Shown here piece by piece: positions 28,790 through 38,934 of a stretch of DNA of 64,000 nt. The first letter of the stretch is position 1. Every line of letters starts with the position of its first letter. Below the pieces are notes generated by a model. The model was not told the origin of the DNA, made no database searches, and saw only the letters and a list, made by a program, of their open reading frames with translations. The position numbers were made by a program, and so were the translations under genes. Source of the stretch: Myxococcales bacterium (lineage in GTDB: Bacteria; Myxococcota_A; UBA9042; JABWCM01; BTVJ01); the NCBI GenBank assembly GCA_045863395.1, contig BTVJ01000023.1, positions 32,214 to 96,213 on the forward strand, in the 5' to 3' direction.

Positions 28790-31366
28790 GTGCGAGTGTG
28801 GATCTTGGCGTTCGTGGTGCTTTTGGGCGCGTGCGGCGATGGCGGGGGCGGCGGGGGCGAGGCGGTGGGCGACTCTGCCGTGGATGCCGGGACCGATGGG
28901 TTCACGGCCGATGCGCCAACGACGGACGTGGACGTGCCGCCCGACGCAGCCGAGGACGTCGCGGACTCCGACGACGCCTGGGAGGCCCCGGACTCCGGGC
29001 CGTGCGGCCCCGGGCAGTGCGTCGCGCCTTGGAACCGCAAGTGTGAGGACGACGCCAGCTTCAGCATCTGCGCGCCGGCCGGTGGCTCGTGCCTCGCGTG
29101 GAGCGCGTCCATCGCCTGTGCGGGGGAGTGCGTCGGCGGTGCGTGCGAGGACGGCTGCGTTGCCCCCCGCGCCTTGATCCTGGTCGACCGGTCCTCCGCC
29201 ATGACCGGGCTCTTGTGGGACCGCACCGTCGCGGCCATCAACGGCCTGGTTGCTGACCATCCATCCGGCGTGGAGCTGGGGGTGCGCGTCTTCCCCGCGC
29301 CCGGCACCGCGTGCGACGCGGGCGCCCCCGTCGCGCCCGCGGAGGGCCCGACCTCCATCGCCGCCGCTCTCGTTGCCCCCACCGCGTCGCCCTCTTCTCC
29401 CCTCGCCACCGCATTGACGGGGCTGGACGTTGCGCTGGGGCCTCCCCGGTCCGCGACCCTGGTCCTCGTCCTGCTCGCCGGGACCGAGACCTGCGCCGCC
29501 GAGGGGGCCGTGACGCAGGCCGTCCAGGGCCTGCGGGCGCGGGGCGTGGCGGTGCACCCCATCGGCGTCGGCGACGGAGCGGACGAGCACATGCTCGGGG
29601 TCATCGCGGCGGCGAGCGGGGAGGCGATCCAGAACGCCGTGACCGCGGCCGACATCCGTGGGGCGCTCCTCGGGCCCCTGGTCGCGGCCGGCGCGTGCTG
29701 CGTCGACGCAGACGGCGACGGGCGCGGCTCCTTCTGCGCCGGAGGGCCGGACTGCGATGACGCCGACGGGGCGACCTTTGCGCCGAGCTGCGCCGGCATG
29801 GAGTGCGGCGGCGACGGGTGTGGTGGGTCCTGCGGCACCTGCGAGCCTCCTCCGGGCGGCAAGGTGACCTGCGTGGAGGGCGCCTGCGTCACCACCTGCG
29901 ACCCGGGCACGCACCCGTGTGGCGGTGCGTGCGTGTCCGACGATGACCCGGCCCACTGCGGGTCATCCTGCGAGCCGTGTCCGAGCGTGGCTGGAGGCAC
30001 GGCGACCTGTGACGGCACGTCCTGCGGCTTCACCTGTGACGGGGGCAGCCACGCCTGCGACGGCGCCTGCGTCCCCGACGACTCCATCGCGGCGTGCGGG
30101 CCCGACTGCGTCGCGTGCCCCACCGACCTCCACGGCAGCACCGCGTGCGTGGACGGCGCCTGCATCCTGACGTGCGCGGGCGGGTATCTGGAGTGCGAGG
30201 GGACGTGCGCCGCGTGCCCGGGAGGCCCCGGCGTCGCGGAGACCGGGTGCGCCGGGCCCTCCTGTGTCGTCACCGCCTGCGCCCCCGGCTTCCTGCCCTG
30301 CGCCGCCGGCTGCTGCGACCGGATCGTGGTGGACGTCGCGCCCGCGAGCGGCGATCCCAACGACGGCGGCAGCCTGTCGCTGGCCGTGGACCCGTTCGGC
30401 GTGGCCCACCTGGCGTGGGCCGACCGCAAGACCCTCTTCTCCGGGGAGGTGCGCTACGCCAGCGGCACCTGGCAGGGCTTCACGACGGAGCTGGTGGCGA
30501 GCGGCAGCCACGGCGTCTACGGCCGCCCCACGCGCCTCGTCCTCGACTCGCAGGGGCGGCCCGTCGTCGCCTGGCGCGCGGGGACGACCGCGGCGTCTCC
30601 GGTCCTGATGCTCGCCCGGCGCGAGGCCGCGGGCTTCGATCCGCCCGTGCAGCTCGCGGACACCTTCGGCGCGTGGCCCTACGGTGCCTCGGACTTCGCG
30701 CTGGTCGCCCCGAAGGCGGGGAGCCTGTCGGCGGTCTATCCGTCGGTCACGCGGCTGTCCATCGCCTGGTGGACGGGCCTCGTGGTGAACCAGGGCACCG
30801 TTGCGGACGTGGCCGGCGCCACCTACACCCACGCCCCCGCGGCCCTCGGGGCACCCGACGGTCTCCTCGACGTGCTCCACGCCGAGCAGGTGGGCTCCAC
30901 CTGGGCCCTGGTTCACGCCCACGGCATCGACTCGGGCTGGACGGCGGGGCCGGTCCCCCTGGTGCTCTCTCCCGAGGGCGGGAGCCGCATGGCGCTGGCC
31001 CGATCTCCGTCGGGCACCCTGGGGCTCTGCGCCTTCACGACCGGCGGGCTGGTGCTCGCGACGCAGGGTGAGGGCTGGTCCGCGGAGATTGTGGATCCAG
31101 AGGGACGCCAGGCCTGCTCCCTGGCCTATGCGCCCGACGGGACACCCCATGTCATCTACCGGACCTTGTACGGGGCCATCCGGCACGCGGTCGGGCCGGT
31201 GTGGAACAAGCAGGAGCTCGGCGCGCCCGGCGGGTCCCCGGAGCAGGGGCTGCGGTGGCCGTCCGCCGGCATCGACCCCAAAGGGGGCCTCCACGCGGCG
31301 TGGTGGGACCAGGGCGCCGGCGTCATCCGGTACTTCCACATGCCAGTCCCCGCGGTCGCCCCCTGA
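28790..31366 (+). CDS. Lipoprotein with vWA-like domain, Cys-rich repeats and C-terminal beta-propeller
   Basis: Lipobox LGAC; ILVDRSSAM MIDAS-like; CGGDGCGGSCGTC and DPAHCGSSC repeats; blade repeats (LAVDPFGVAHLAW, IDPKGGLHAAWWD). Confidence 0.85.
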   Translation: MRVWILAFVVLLGACGDGGGGGGEAVGDSAVDAGTDGFTADAPTTDVDVPPDAAEDVADSDDAWEAPDSGPCGPGQCVAPWNRKCEDDASFSICAPAGGSCLAWSASIACAGECVGGACEDGCVAPRALILVDRSSAMTGLLWDRTVAAINGLVADHPSGVELGVRVFPAPGTACDAGAPVAPAEGPTSIAAALVAPTASPSSPLATALTGLDVALGPPRSATLVLVLLAGTETCAAEGAVTQAVQGLRARGVAVHPIGVGDGADEHMLGVIAAASGEAIQNAVTAADIRGALLGPLVAAGACCVDADGDGRGSFCAGGPDCDDADGATFAPSCAGMECGGDGCGGSCGTCEPPPGGKVTCVEGACVTTCDPGTHPCGGACVSDDDPAHCGSSCEPCPSVAGGTATCDGTSCGFTCDGGSHACDGACVPDDSIAACGPDCVACPTDLHGSTACVDGACILTCAGGYLECEGTCAACPGGPGVAETGCAGPSCVVTACAPGFLPCAAGCCDRIVVDVAPASGDPNDGGSLSLAVDPFGVAHLAWADRKTLFSGEVRYASGTWQGFTTELVASGSHGVYGRPTRLVLDSQGRPVVAWRAGTTAASPVLMLARREAAGFDPPVQLADTFGAWPYGASDFALVAPKAGSLSAVYPSVTRLSIAWWTGLVVNQGTVADVAGATYTHAPAALGAPDGLLDVLHAEQVGSTWALVHAHGIDSGWTAGPVPLVLSPEGGSRMALARSPSGTLGLCAFTTGGLVLATQGEGWSAEIVDPEGRQACSLAYAPDGTPHVIYRTLYGAIRHAVGPVWNKQELGAPGGSPEQGLRWPSAGIDPKGGLHAAWWDQGAGVIRYFHMPVPAVAP

Positions 31367-31470
31367 TCCGGGCGGGCATCCTATAGGTGGTTCGGGCGTT
31401 GTGGAAGCGGCAGCCGCGCTCTGCTAGTCTCAATGGCGGCTTCCCCAAACACCTGCTCCGAGGAGACTTC

Positions 31471-32217
31471 GTGAAGATACGACGAATGCCACTGATTTGC
31501 GGCGGCGCGGCCCTGTTCGCGCTCGCCGGGTGCGAGACCACGGGCGGCGGCGCCGCGGACGCCGCCCAGGCGGACGGCTCCGGCGGCGACAGCGGCGGCG
31601 CGGGCGGTGACTCGGGTGGGCCCGGCGCCGACGGCAGCGGCCAGGACGCAGCATCCGTGGACGCGAGCACACCGGACGGGGGCGGCTGGGACGCTTCGTC
31701 TGATGTGGGCTCCTGGGATGGCGCCTCCTGGGACGCGGGTTCTCCGGACTCGGTGGGCCCCTGGGACGCGGGCTCCCCGGACTCGGTGGGCCCCTGGGAT
31801 GGCGGGAGCCCCGACTCCGTGGGGCCCTGGGACGCGGGCAGCCCGGACGGTGGTGGGGGTGACGCGTGGGGCCTCGACGGGTGGACCCCGACGGACACGG
31901 GCCCCTGGGACGCGGGCTCCCCGGACACCAGCGACCCCAACGCCCCCAAGCTGGGCGACCCATGCGAGATGGGCTACACGGCCTGGTGCGACGCCAGCGC
32001 CACGCCCACGTTGTTCTGCGGCTGGACCGAGGCAGGCCAGGCGTGGATTCCCTATGAGAACGACGGCAGCCAGTATTGCTGGTGCGAGCCCGCCACCTCC
32101 CCCGGCATCACCTATTGCGCCGTCCCCGGCTTCGTCGGCCTCGACCGCGCCGGCCGCGCCCGCAAGGCGCGCACTCTCCGCTCGCTGCGCGCCAGCGCCC
32201 AGCGCCTCGCCGCCTGA
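31471..32217 (+). CDS. Lipoprotein with WDAGSPDSVGP tandem repeats
   Basis: GAGGAG RBS before GTG; lipobox LAGC; repeat linker; small Cys domain at C-terminus. Confidence 0.75.
   Translation: MKIRRMPLICGGAALFALAGCETTGGGAADAAQADGSGGDSGGAGGDSGGPGADGSGQDAASVDASTPDGGGWDASSDVGSWDGASWDAGSPDSVGPWDAGSPDSVGPWDGGSPDSVGPWDAGSPDGGGGDAWGLDGWTPTDTGPWDAGSPDTSDPNAPKLGDPCEMGYTAWCDASATPTLFCGWTEAGQAWIPYENDGSQYCWCEPATSPGITYCAVPGFVGLDRAGRARKARTLRSLRASAQRLAA
31729..31848 (+). repeat. 33-bp tandem repeat (about 3.6 units) encoding WD(A/G)GSPDSVGP
   Basis: Units start at 31729, 31762, 31795 and 31828; a further partial copy near 31903-31926. Confidence 0.9.
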
Positions 32218-32224
32218 GCTCTGG

Positions 32225-33997
32225 TCAGAGGGGCCAGAACCATGGGATCAGCAGGCTCGCCGTGATCCACAGGATCAGGTTCAGGGGGAGCCCCACCTTC
32301 AGGTAGTCGCGGAAGCGGTAGCCCCCGGGGCCCATGACCAGCGTGTTGGTCTGGTAGCCAATTGGGGTGGCGAAGCTCGCGCTCGCCCCGAAGGCGATGG
32401 CCACGAGCAGCGGCTTCGGGTCGATGCTGGCGCCCTGCGCGATGCCCAGCGCGATTGGCGCGAGCAGGACTGCGGACGCGTTGTTGGACAGGAACTCCGT
32501 GAACAGGCTCGTCAGCAGGTAGAAGGCGCTGACGAGCACGACGGGGCCGTAGGCGCCTGCGAAGCCGAGCACGCCGTTGGCGACGTCGGCGGCCATACCC
32601 GTCTTCTGGAGCGCCAGGCCCAGGGGGATCGTGCCCGCGAGCAGCAGCAGCACGGTGGCGTCCAGCGCGCGCATGGCGTCAGGCACCTGGAGGCACCGGG
32701 TGAGCAGCAGGGCAGCGACCCCGGCGACGGACAGGATGGAGATCGGCAGCACCTCGAAGGCGGCGAGGGTGACGACGGCCACCATGGTGGCGACGGCGAT
32801 GGGCACCTTCGCGTGTTCGCGCATGGTGTGCTCCACGCCCTCCACGAGCAGCGCGTCGCCGCTCTCCTTGAGGGCGTGGAGCGCCCGCGCGTCGCCCTGG
32901 ATCAGGAGCACGTCGCCGACCAGGAGGCGCATGCCGCGGATGCGGTACTGGTGGTGGTGCCCCATCCGCCGCACGGCCAGCACCTGGATCCCGTAGGTCC
33001 GCGTGAGGCCGATGTCGCGCACCTCCTGGTTGACGAAGCGGGACCCGGGCACCACGACGGCCTCCAGGATGGTGACGTCGGTGCGGCTGATGACCACGCG
33101 CTGATCGTCGGCGACGGCGGAGCCGAACTCCACGTCACCGCGGGCCGTCATGCGGCTCAGGTCGTCGGCGCTGATCTCAACGAGCAGGGTGTCGTCCCCC
33201 CGGAGGGGTGTCTCTGGAGGCGGGGCGAAGGTGACCTCCTCCTGGCGCACGAGCTGCAGGACCCGCGTCGAGGAGGCGCTGCCGAACAGCTCGGCAATGG
33301 AGCGCTCCTGGAAGCTCTCCGATGGCGGCAGCCACAGCTCGGTGACGAAGCTGGTGCGCTCCTTCGGCTCCAGGAGCTGGGCGAGGGACGTGCGGACGGG
33401 CAGCAGCCGACCCCCGAAGATCACGAGGTAGGCGGTGCCCACGGCGAGATAGCAGAGCCCCATCTTCGTGAACTCGAACATCCCGAAGCCGTCGCCCCCC
33501 GCCCCCCGGTGGATGGAGTGGACCAGGATGTTCGTGCTGGTCCCGATGAGCGTGGTGGTGCCCCCGAGGATCGCGAAGTAGGAGAGCGGGATCAGCAGCT
33601 TGGACGGGACCATGTCGAAGCGGCGGCACAGGGAAAGCACCACGGGGATCAGCAGGACCACGACGGGGGTGTTGTTCATGAACGCGCTCATGGCCGCGGC
33701 CAGGAGCCCCACCAGCAGCGGGACCCCGGCCGCCCAGAGGCTACCCGCGCGCTCCAGCGCGTCGGTCACGTAGTCGATGACGCCCGTGCGGACCAGGCCG
33801 GCGCTCAAGACGAGCATGGCGCCGACCGTGACGGTCGCCTCGTTGGCGAAGCCCGAGAGCGCCTCCTGGGGCGTGAGGATGCCGAAGACGACCAGCGACG
33901 TCAGGGAGAGGAGCGCCGTGATCTCGATGCGGATCCACTGCGTGATGTAGAGGGTCACTACACCGAGCAGGATGATCGCCAGGGTTGTCTTCTCCAC
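32225..33997 (-). CDS. SLC13/DASS family permease with two TrkA-C domains
   Basis: SAFMNNTPVV, GGTTTLIGTSTN, central TrkA-C region, TEFLSNNA, ATPIGYQTNTLVMGPGGYRFRD. Confidence 0.95.
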   Translation of the reverse strand: MEKTTLAIILLGVVTLYITQWIRIEITALLSLTSLVVFGILTPQEALSGFANEATVTVGAMLVLSAGLVRTGVIDYVTDALERAGSLWAAGVPLLVGLLAAAMSAFMNNTPVVVLLIPVVLSLCRRFDMVPSKLLIPLSYFAILGGTTTLIGTSTNILVHSIHRGAGGDGFGMFEFTKMGLCYLAVGTAYLVIFGGRLLPVRTSLAQLLEPKERTSFVTELWLPPSESFQERSIAELFGSASSTRVLQLVRQEEVTFAPPPETPLRGDDTLLVEISADDLSRMTARGDVEFGSAVADDQRVVISRTDVTILEAVVVPGSRFVNQEVRDIGLTRTYGIQVLAVRRMGHHHQYRIRGMRLLVGDVLLIQGDARALHALKESGDALLVEGVEHTMREHAKVPIAVATMVAVVTLAAFEVLPISILSVAGVAALLLTRCLQVPDAMRALDATVLLLLAGTIPLGLALQKTGMAADVANGVLGFAGAYGPVVLVSAFYLLTSLFTEFLSNNASAVLLAPIALGIAQGASIDPKPLLVAIAFGASASFATPIGYQTNTLVMGPGGYRFRDYLKVGLPLNLILWITASLLIPWFWPL

Positions 33998-34376
33998 GGC
34001 GTCCCTCGGTGCGCGGGCAATTCGTGTGACGTGTGGTCCCCCGCGGATGGGGGTGCGGCGCTGATGCCCACTGCGCCGTTCGTGTGCGACGCGATCCCTG
34101 CGCCCAGCCCCATCGTTCGGCGATCCACCCGCCTTGTGTCAAGCCCTCGGTCTGCCGCGCCAAGCGAGCACGGCGTCTGCGAAGCGCCCAAGCACGGGGA
34201 GTGGGGCCAGCGGGGAGACAACGGCGCGCGGGCTCCGGGGCCCCCACGGGTCGGAGGGCGCGCCGCGCCCGGGTTGCAGCGAGCGGCCCGAGGAGTCGGG
34301 TTGGTGTCCGTTCGCCCTCGCGCGTGTGTGGGCTGGCGCACTATGATGCGAGCCGCACTGACCCCAGGAGGCGACC

Positions 34377-34853
34377 ATGCACATCCGACGGATCGAGGAC
34401 GCTGATCGGGAGGCCGTGGCAGGGCTTCTCCGGACACGCTGGGCGGGCCCGCTGATCGTCACGCGGGGTGAGGCCCACGTGGCCTCCGCGCTGCCGGGCT
34501 TCATCGCCGAGGAGGGGGATCGGCTCGTCGGCGTGGCCACCCTGAGCCGCGACGGGGACGCGCTCCAGGTGGTCAGCCTGGACGCGGTGGTGGCGGAGCG
34601 GGGCATCGGCTCGGCGCTGCTCGAGGCGGTGCTCGCGGAGGCGAGGGCGCAAGGGCTGCGGCGGGTGTGGCTGTGCACGACGAACGACAACCTCCCGGCG
34701 CTGCGCTTCTGGCAGCGGCGCGGGTTCCGTCTGGTGGCGGTCCATCCCGGATCGGTGGACCGGGCGCGCGCCCTGAAGCCCCAGATCCCCGAGGTGGGCC
34801 ACCTGGGGATCCCGCTGCGCGACGAGCTGGAGCTGGAGGTCACCCTCCCATGA
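34377..34853 (+). CDS. GNAT family N-acetyltransferase
   Basis: RGIGSALL, LCTTNDNLPALRFWQRRGF, KPQIP..G..GIPLRDELEL. Confidence 0.92.
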   Translation: MHIRRIEDADREAVAGLLRTRWAGPLIVTRGEAHVASALPGFIAEEGDRLVGVATLSRDGDALQVVSLDAVVAERGIGSALLEAVLAEARAQGLRRVWLCTTNDNLPALRFWQRRGFRLVAVHPGSVDRARALKPQIPEVGHLGIPLRDELELEVTLP

Positions 34854-37567
34854 CACGTCGAGCGTGGACCCTGGCCTGGTGTGTGGTGGTCGGATGTGGT
34901 GGAGCGCCCTCGAGCCCCGAGGGGCAGGCGGTCGCCGACGTGTCGCCCGCAGACGGAGGTGCGGACGCTGCCGCAGGGCTCGTCGACAAGGACCCGGCCA
35001 CTCTCGACGGCCCGGCCCGGGTCGTGCTGGACGTGGACGGCATCCCGCACGTCTACGCCAGCACGGACGCCGACGTCTTCTTCCTGCAGGGGTGGGCGAC
35101 GGCGAGGCACCGCCTGTTCCAGATGGATCTGGTCCGCCGGCGTGCCCTGGGGACGCGGTCCGAGGTCCTCGGCGAGGCGACGTGGGCGTCGGACCTCCAG
35201 TCGCGGGCGCTGCGCTTCGGTGAGTGGGGGCGCCGCACGCGCGAGGCCCTTGCCGCGGAGGATCCCGAGCTGTTGCGGTGGTTCGAGGCCTACGCCGCCG
35301 GGGTCAACGCCTGGATGGCCACGGCCAAGGCGGAGGGGACGCTGTCTCCGCAGTTCGGCGCCCTCGGCTACGAGCCCGCGGCGTGGACCGTGGACGACTC
35401 TCTCGCCATCGAGAAGCTGATCGCGGCCGGTCTGTCCATGCGACCGGACCAGGACATCATCCTCGGGCTCATGGATCTGCTCCTGGGGGTGGACCTGTTT
35501 GCAGACCTCTACCAGTACCCGCCCTTCGACCGAGAGTACGTGACTCCCGGGTTCTCGTTCGGCACAAAGGCCGATGGCGGCGGGGGCGGGACGGGCAGGG
35601 CGGGGAGCGGTCGTGCCGCCATGCGCGCCGCGTCGGTCTCCGCCGCGCAAGCCCGGCTCGCGAGCCTGAGCCCGGCGCAGGTGGTCGGTGGGATCCGGGC
35701 GGCGCGAGCCCTCGACCTGTCTGGCGGTGGCTCCAACAACTGGGCGGTGTCGGGGAGTCATACTGCGTCCGGCGCGCCGATCCTCGCTGGCGACTCGCAC
35801 CAGGGGGTCGCTCACCCGGCGATCTACTACTTCATCCACCTCAGCACGAAGGAAGCTGGCGGCACCATCGACGTCATCGGGGCGAGCTTCCCTGGCGTGC
35901 CCTTCGTCGTGTTCGGCCACAACGGCGCGGCGGGCTTCCTGCCGACGACCTCCATCTACGACGCGGCGGACGTGTACCTGGAGGAGCTCGCCGACGGCGC
36001 GGTGCAGTTCGAGGGCAAGAGCGTGCCCATCGAGGCGCGCACGGAGACCATCCGGGTGCGTTCGGTGGATGGGATTGAGGAGCGCGAGGTCACCCTCCAC
36101 GACGTGCCCCACCACGGGCCCATGCTGCCGTCAGAGGCGCTGGGCCTCCCGCTGCCGCTGAACCTGTCCATCCGCTGGACGGGGTACCGGGCTCGGTCCC
36201 TGGGGCGCACCTTCCACGGCCTGGCGACGGCCAGGTCTTTCGAGGACTTCAGGGGCGCGCTCGACCTCTACTCCAGCGGGGGGATGCACTGGGTCTACGC
36301 GGACGTGGGCGGGGACATCGGCTACTCGTCCATGGTGGACCTGCCCGTCCGCGAGGTGGTGGACGCCACGACGCCCCCCATCAAGCTGCTGCCGGGTGGT
36401 GGGGGGTACGAGTGGCTCGTGGAGGGCGGGGAGCTGCGGCTCCTCGGGCGTGATCTGCTCCCGTGGAGTCTGAATCCTGCCTCTGGCTTCGTCGCCACGG
36501 CCAACAACGACCCGGTGGGGCAGACCGACGACGGGGACCCCTTCGACGCGCCGGTGTATCTCTCGGGAATCTTCGACATCGGCACTCGCGCGCTGCGTCC
36601 CAGGGTGCGCTTCGAGCAGGCGCGCGCCCAGGGCAAGCTCACGCTGGACGATGTTGCCGACATCCAGCTCGACGACGGGTCGCGCCTGGGAGAGCGCATG
36701 CGCCCCTATGTGGCAGCAGCGGCCGCGCGCCGCCCTGACCTCGTGACTCCGGCCATGGCGGCGGCCCTGGACGTGCTGGCGGACTGGGACTTGCGGTGCG
36801 GCGTGGAACAGGCCGGGCCGGTGGTGTTTCACGGGTGGCTGGCAGTCTTTGCCCGGACGGTGCTCTCAGACGAGGGGGGCGGGCTGCTCGAGTCGGTGCT
36901 CATAGAGGACCTGGACTCGAAGATTGGCCTCGTGGTCTCCAAGTTCCTGGCCCACTGGCTCGACGCCACCGCTGCGGACATCGACGCCCTGGACGCGGGC
37001 ACGAGCGCGTTTCCGTCGAGGAGCGGCGCGGACTTCTGGGACGACAAGGCGACGCCCGGGCGCGAGACGAGGGACGAGGCCATCCTGAGGGCGCTCGGTG
37101 AGGCGGTGGAGGAGCTGACCACCATCTTCGGGGTGATCGGCGCGCCGGGCGCCGACCCGGCGGACCCGGCGACGTGGCGGTGGGGCCGCTGGCACGTGAT
37201 GCAGCTCGTGGACGCGGCGGACGGCGTGCTGCCGGGCGCGTCGTCTGCGGCGCTCCCCAAGGGCGGCTGCCTCTACAGCGTGGACGTGGGAGACCACCCG
37301 TGGCTGGTGGGCGGCAAGCTCCCCGAGCGCCTGGTGGTGAACAACGCGCCGAGCAATCGCTTCGTGTTCGAGCTGCGCAAGGACGGGGTCGTCGGGCGCG
37401 CCATCCTCCCGGGCGGTCAGGACGAGCGCCCCGGCGCCCCCCACCACAACGACCAGCTCGCAGACTACCTCGGTGGAGTCTGGCGCCCCCTTCGGTTTGA
37501 CCGCGCCGAGGTGGAGGCCGCCGTCGAGGACGTGGTGGAGTTTGGCGCCGGGTTCGGGGCCCCGTAG
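34850..37567 (+). CDS. Penicillin acylase family (Ntn-hydrolase) lipoprotein
   Basis: DGIPHVYA, RLFQMDLVRR, GSNNWAVSG (beta-chain Ser), ATANN, PGGQ; lipobox-like VVGC; ATGA overlap with GNAT. Confidence 0.93.
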   Translation: MTRRAWTLAWCVVVGCGGAPSSPEGQAVADVSPADGGADAAAGLVDKDPATLDGPARVVLDVDGIPHVYASTDADVFFLQGWATARHRLFQMDLVRRRALGTRSEVLGEATWASDLQSRALRFGEWGRRTREALAAEDPELLRWFEAYAAGVNAWMATAKAEGTLSPQFGALGYEPAAWTVDDSLAIEKLIAAGLSMRPDQDIILGLMDLLLGVDLFADLYQYPPFDREYVTPGFSFGTKADGGGGGTGRAGSGRAAMRAASVSAAQARLASLSPAQVVGGIRAARALDLSGGGSNNWAVSGSHTASGAPILAGDSHQGVAHPAIYYFIHLSTKEAGGTIDVIGASFPGVPFVVFGHNGAAGFLPTTSIYDAADVYLEELADGAVQFEGKSVPIEARTETIRVRSVDGIEEREVTLHDVPHHGPMLPSEALGLPLPLNLSIRWTGYRARSLGRTFHGLATARSFEDFRGALDLYSSGGMHWVYADVGGDIGYSSMVDLPVREVVDATTPPIKLLPGGGGYEWLVEGGELRLLGRDLLPWSLNPASGFVATANNDPVGQTDDGDPFDAPVYLSGIFDIGTRALRPRVRFEQARAQGKLTLDDVADIQLDDGSRLGERMRPYVAAAAARRPDLVTPAMAAALDVLADWDLRCGVEQAGPVVFHGWLAVFARTVLSDEGGGLLESVLIEDLDSKIGLVVSKFLAHWLDATAADIDALDAGTSAFPSRSGADFWDDKATPGRETRDEAILRALGEAVEELTTIFGVIGAPGADPADPATWRWGRWHVMQLVDAADGVLPGASSAALPKGGCLYSVDVGDHPWLVGGKLPERLVVNNAPSNRFVFELRKDGVVGRAILPGGQDERPGAPHHNDQLADYLGGVWRPLRFDRAEVEAAVEDVVEFGAGFGAP

Positions 37568-37568
37568 C

Positions 37569-38615
37569 CTACCGGGTCCAGTCGGGGTCAGGTGCTGCCG
37601 CGGCGCCGAGCGCGTGACGCACACGGGCGGCGACCTTGGGCTTGAGCGCGTCCACGAACAAGAGCCAGCGGAAGGTGTCTCGCAGCACGTCTGCGGCAGG
37701 GCGCATGGTGACACCCAGCTCCGAGCGGGCCCGGGAGCCGCTGTAGGCGAGGTGTCTGCCATAGACGTCCTCGACCACGTCACGGGTCAGCGGCGGGTCC
37801 TGTCCGGTCTTGCGCGCCCTTCGCTCCCCGAGCCCGGCCATGAACCGCAGGAGGAAGCGCGGCGGTCGCATGACGGGCGGCGCGACTCCGCCGACCGCGC
37901 CGAACGTCCCGGACAGCTCCTTGGGCTGGAGGAGGTCGCCCGTCAGCAGGTAGCGCCGGCCACTCTTGCCCTTCGTGGCGGCGAGGACGTGCCCGCGCGC
38001 CACGTCGCGCACGTCGCTGACACACACCGCCAGGAACGCCGGGTCTCCCTGCAGGAGCCCCACGATGGCGCGGGTGGCGGGTGTGAGGCGGTAGTCGCGC
38101 GGACCGAAGACGCCGCTCGGGTTCACGACGACCACAGAGAGGTCGCTCCCGGCGGCGCCGAGGGCTACCTCCTCTGCCGCGATCTTGCTTCGTGTATAGA
38201 GGCTCCTGGCGCTGCGGTTGAACGAGCCCTCGTCGAGAGGCCTGGTGGGATCCGGCGTGAAGCCGACCGTGGCGCCGCTGCTCGTGTGCACCACGCACCG
38301 CACGCCGGCGCGTCTCGCCGCGTCGAGCACGTTTCGGGTGCCCTCGACGGCCGGCCCCATCATCTTCGCGTCGTCCGCTGCCCAGTTCCTGTGGACCGCC
38401 CCGACGTGAAAGACCACCTCGACGCCGGCTGCTGCTCTGTGCAGGCTCGCCGCGTCGAGCAGGTCACCCTCCCGCACCTCCACGTCGAGCCTGGCGAGGC
38501 CGCGCCGATCAGAGCCGGGGCGCACGAACGTGATCGGCTCGATCCCCGCCTCTACGCAGGCCCTCACCACGTGGCTGCCGATGTGTCCGTTTGCCCCCGT
38601 GACCAGCGCTTTCAT
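37569..38615 (-). CDS. NAD-dependent epimerase/dehydratase (extended SDR; DFR/3beta-HSD/HpnA-like)
   Basis: MKALVTGANGHIGSH, HTSS, YTRSK, NPSGVFGP, DVRDVARGH. Confidence 0.92.
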   Translation of the reverse strand: MKALVTGANGHIGSHVVRACVEAGIEPITFVRPGSDRRGLARLDVEVREGDLLDAASLHRAAAGVEVVFHVGAVHRNWAADDAKMMGPAVEGTRNVLDAARRAGVRCVVHTSSGATVGFTPDPTRPLDEGSFNRSARSLYTRSKIAAEEVALGAAGSDLSVVVVNPSGVFGPRDYRLTPATRAIVGLLQGDPAFLAVCVSDVRDVARGHVLAATKGKSGRRYLLTGDLLQPKELSGTFGAVGGVAPPVMRPPRFLLRFMAGLGERRARKTGQDPPLTRDVVEDVYGRHLAYSGSRARSELGVTMRPAADVLRDTFRWLLFVDALKPKVAARVRHALGAAAAPDPDWTR

Positions 38616-38934
38616 CTCTCTTGGCCCTCCTCCGTGTTGCTCACCAGTGCTCCGTCGAGGTTGCGCGCCGACCTGGGCTGACCCGCAGAGTCGTCGTGCG
38701 ACCCGAGTGGCCATTGTACGGCGATCTTAGAAACTCAGGTATGAAGGTTTTTCAGGCTCTTGTGTGTCATGTCCCCGTTGCTCCGTCCGGGCGCCTGCCT
38801 CCACTCCCAGAGATATTGCCGGCGCCGACCGGAACCCCGTGGTAGGCTCGCGTGTTGCGGGCGGGCGCGGAGAGCTCTCGGGGAGCGACGTGGGCTTGCA
38901 CCAGCCCCCGCCCCCCGCTACGGTTGCCCCCACC

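Noticed and set aside
31729..31926. 33-bp repeats as a possible CRISPR array
   Set aside because: No unique spacers, in-frame coding repeat with synonymous variation, and no cas genes.
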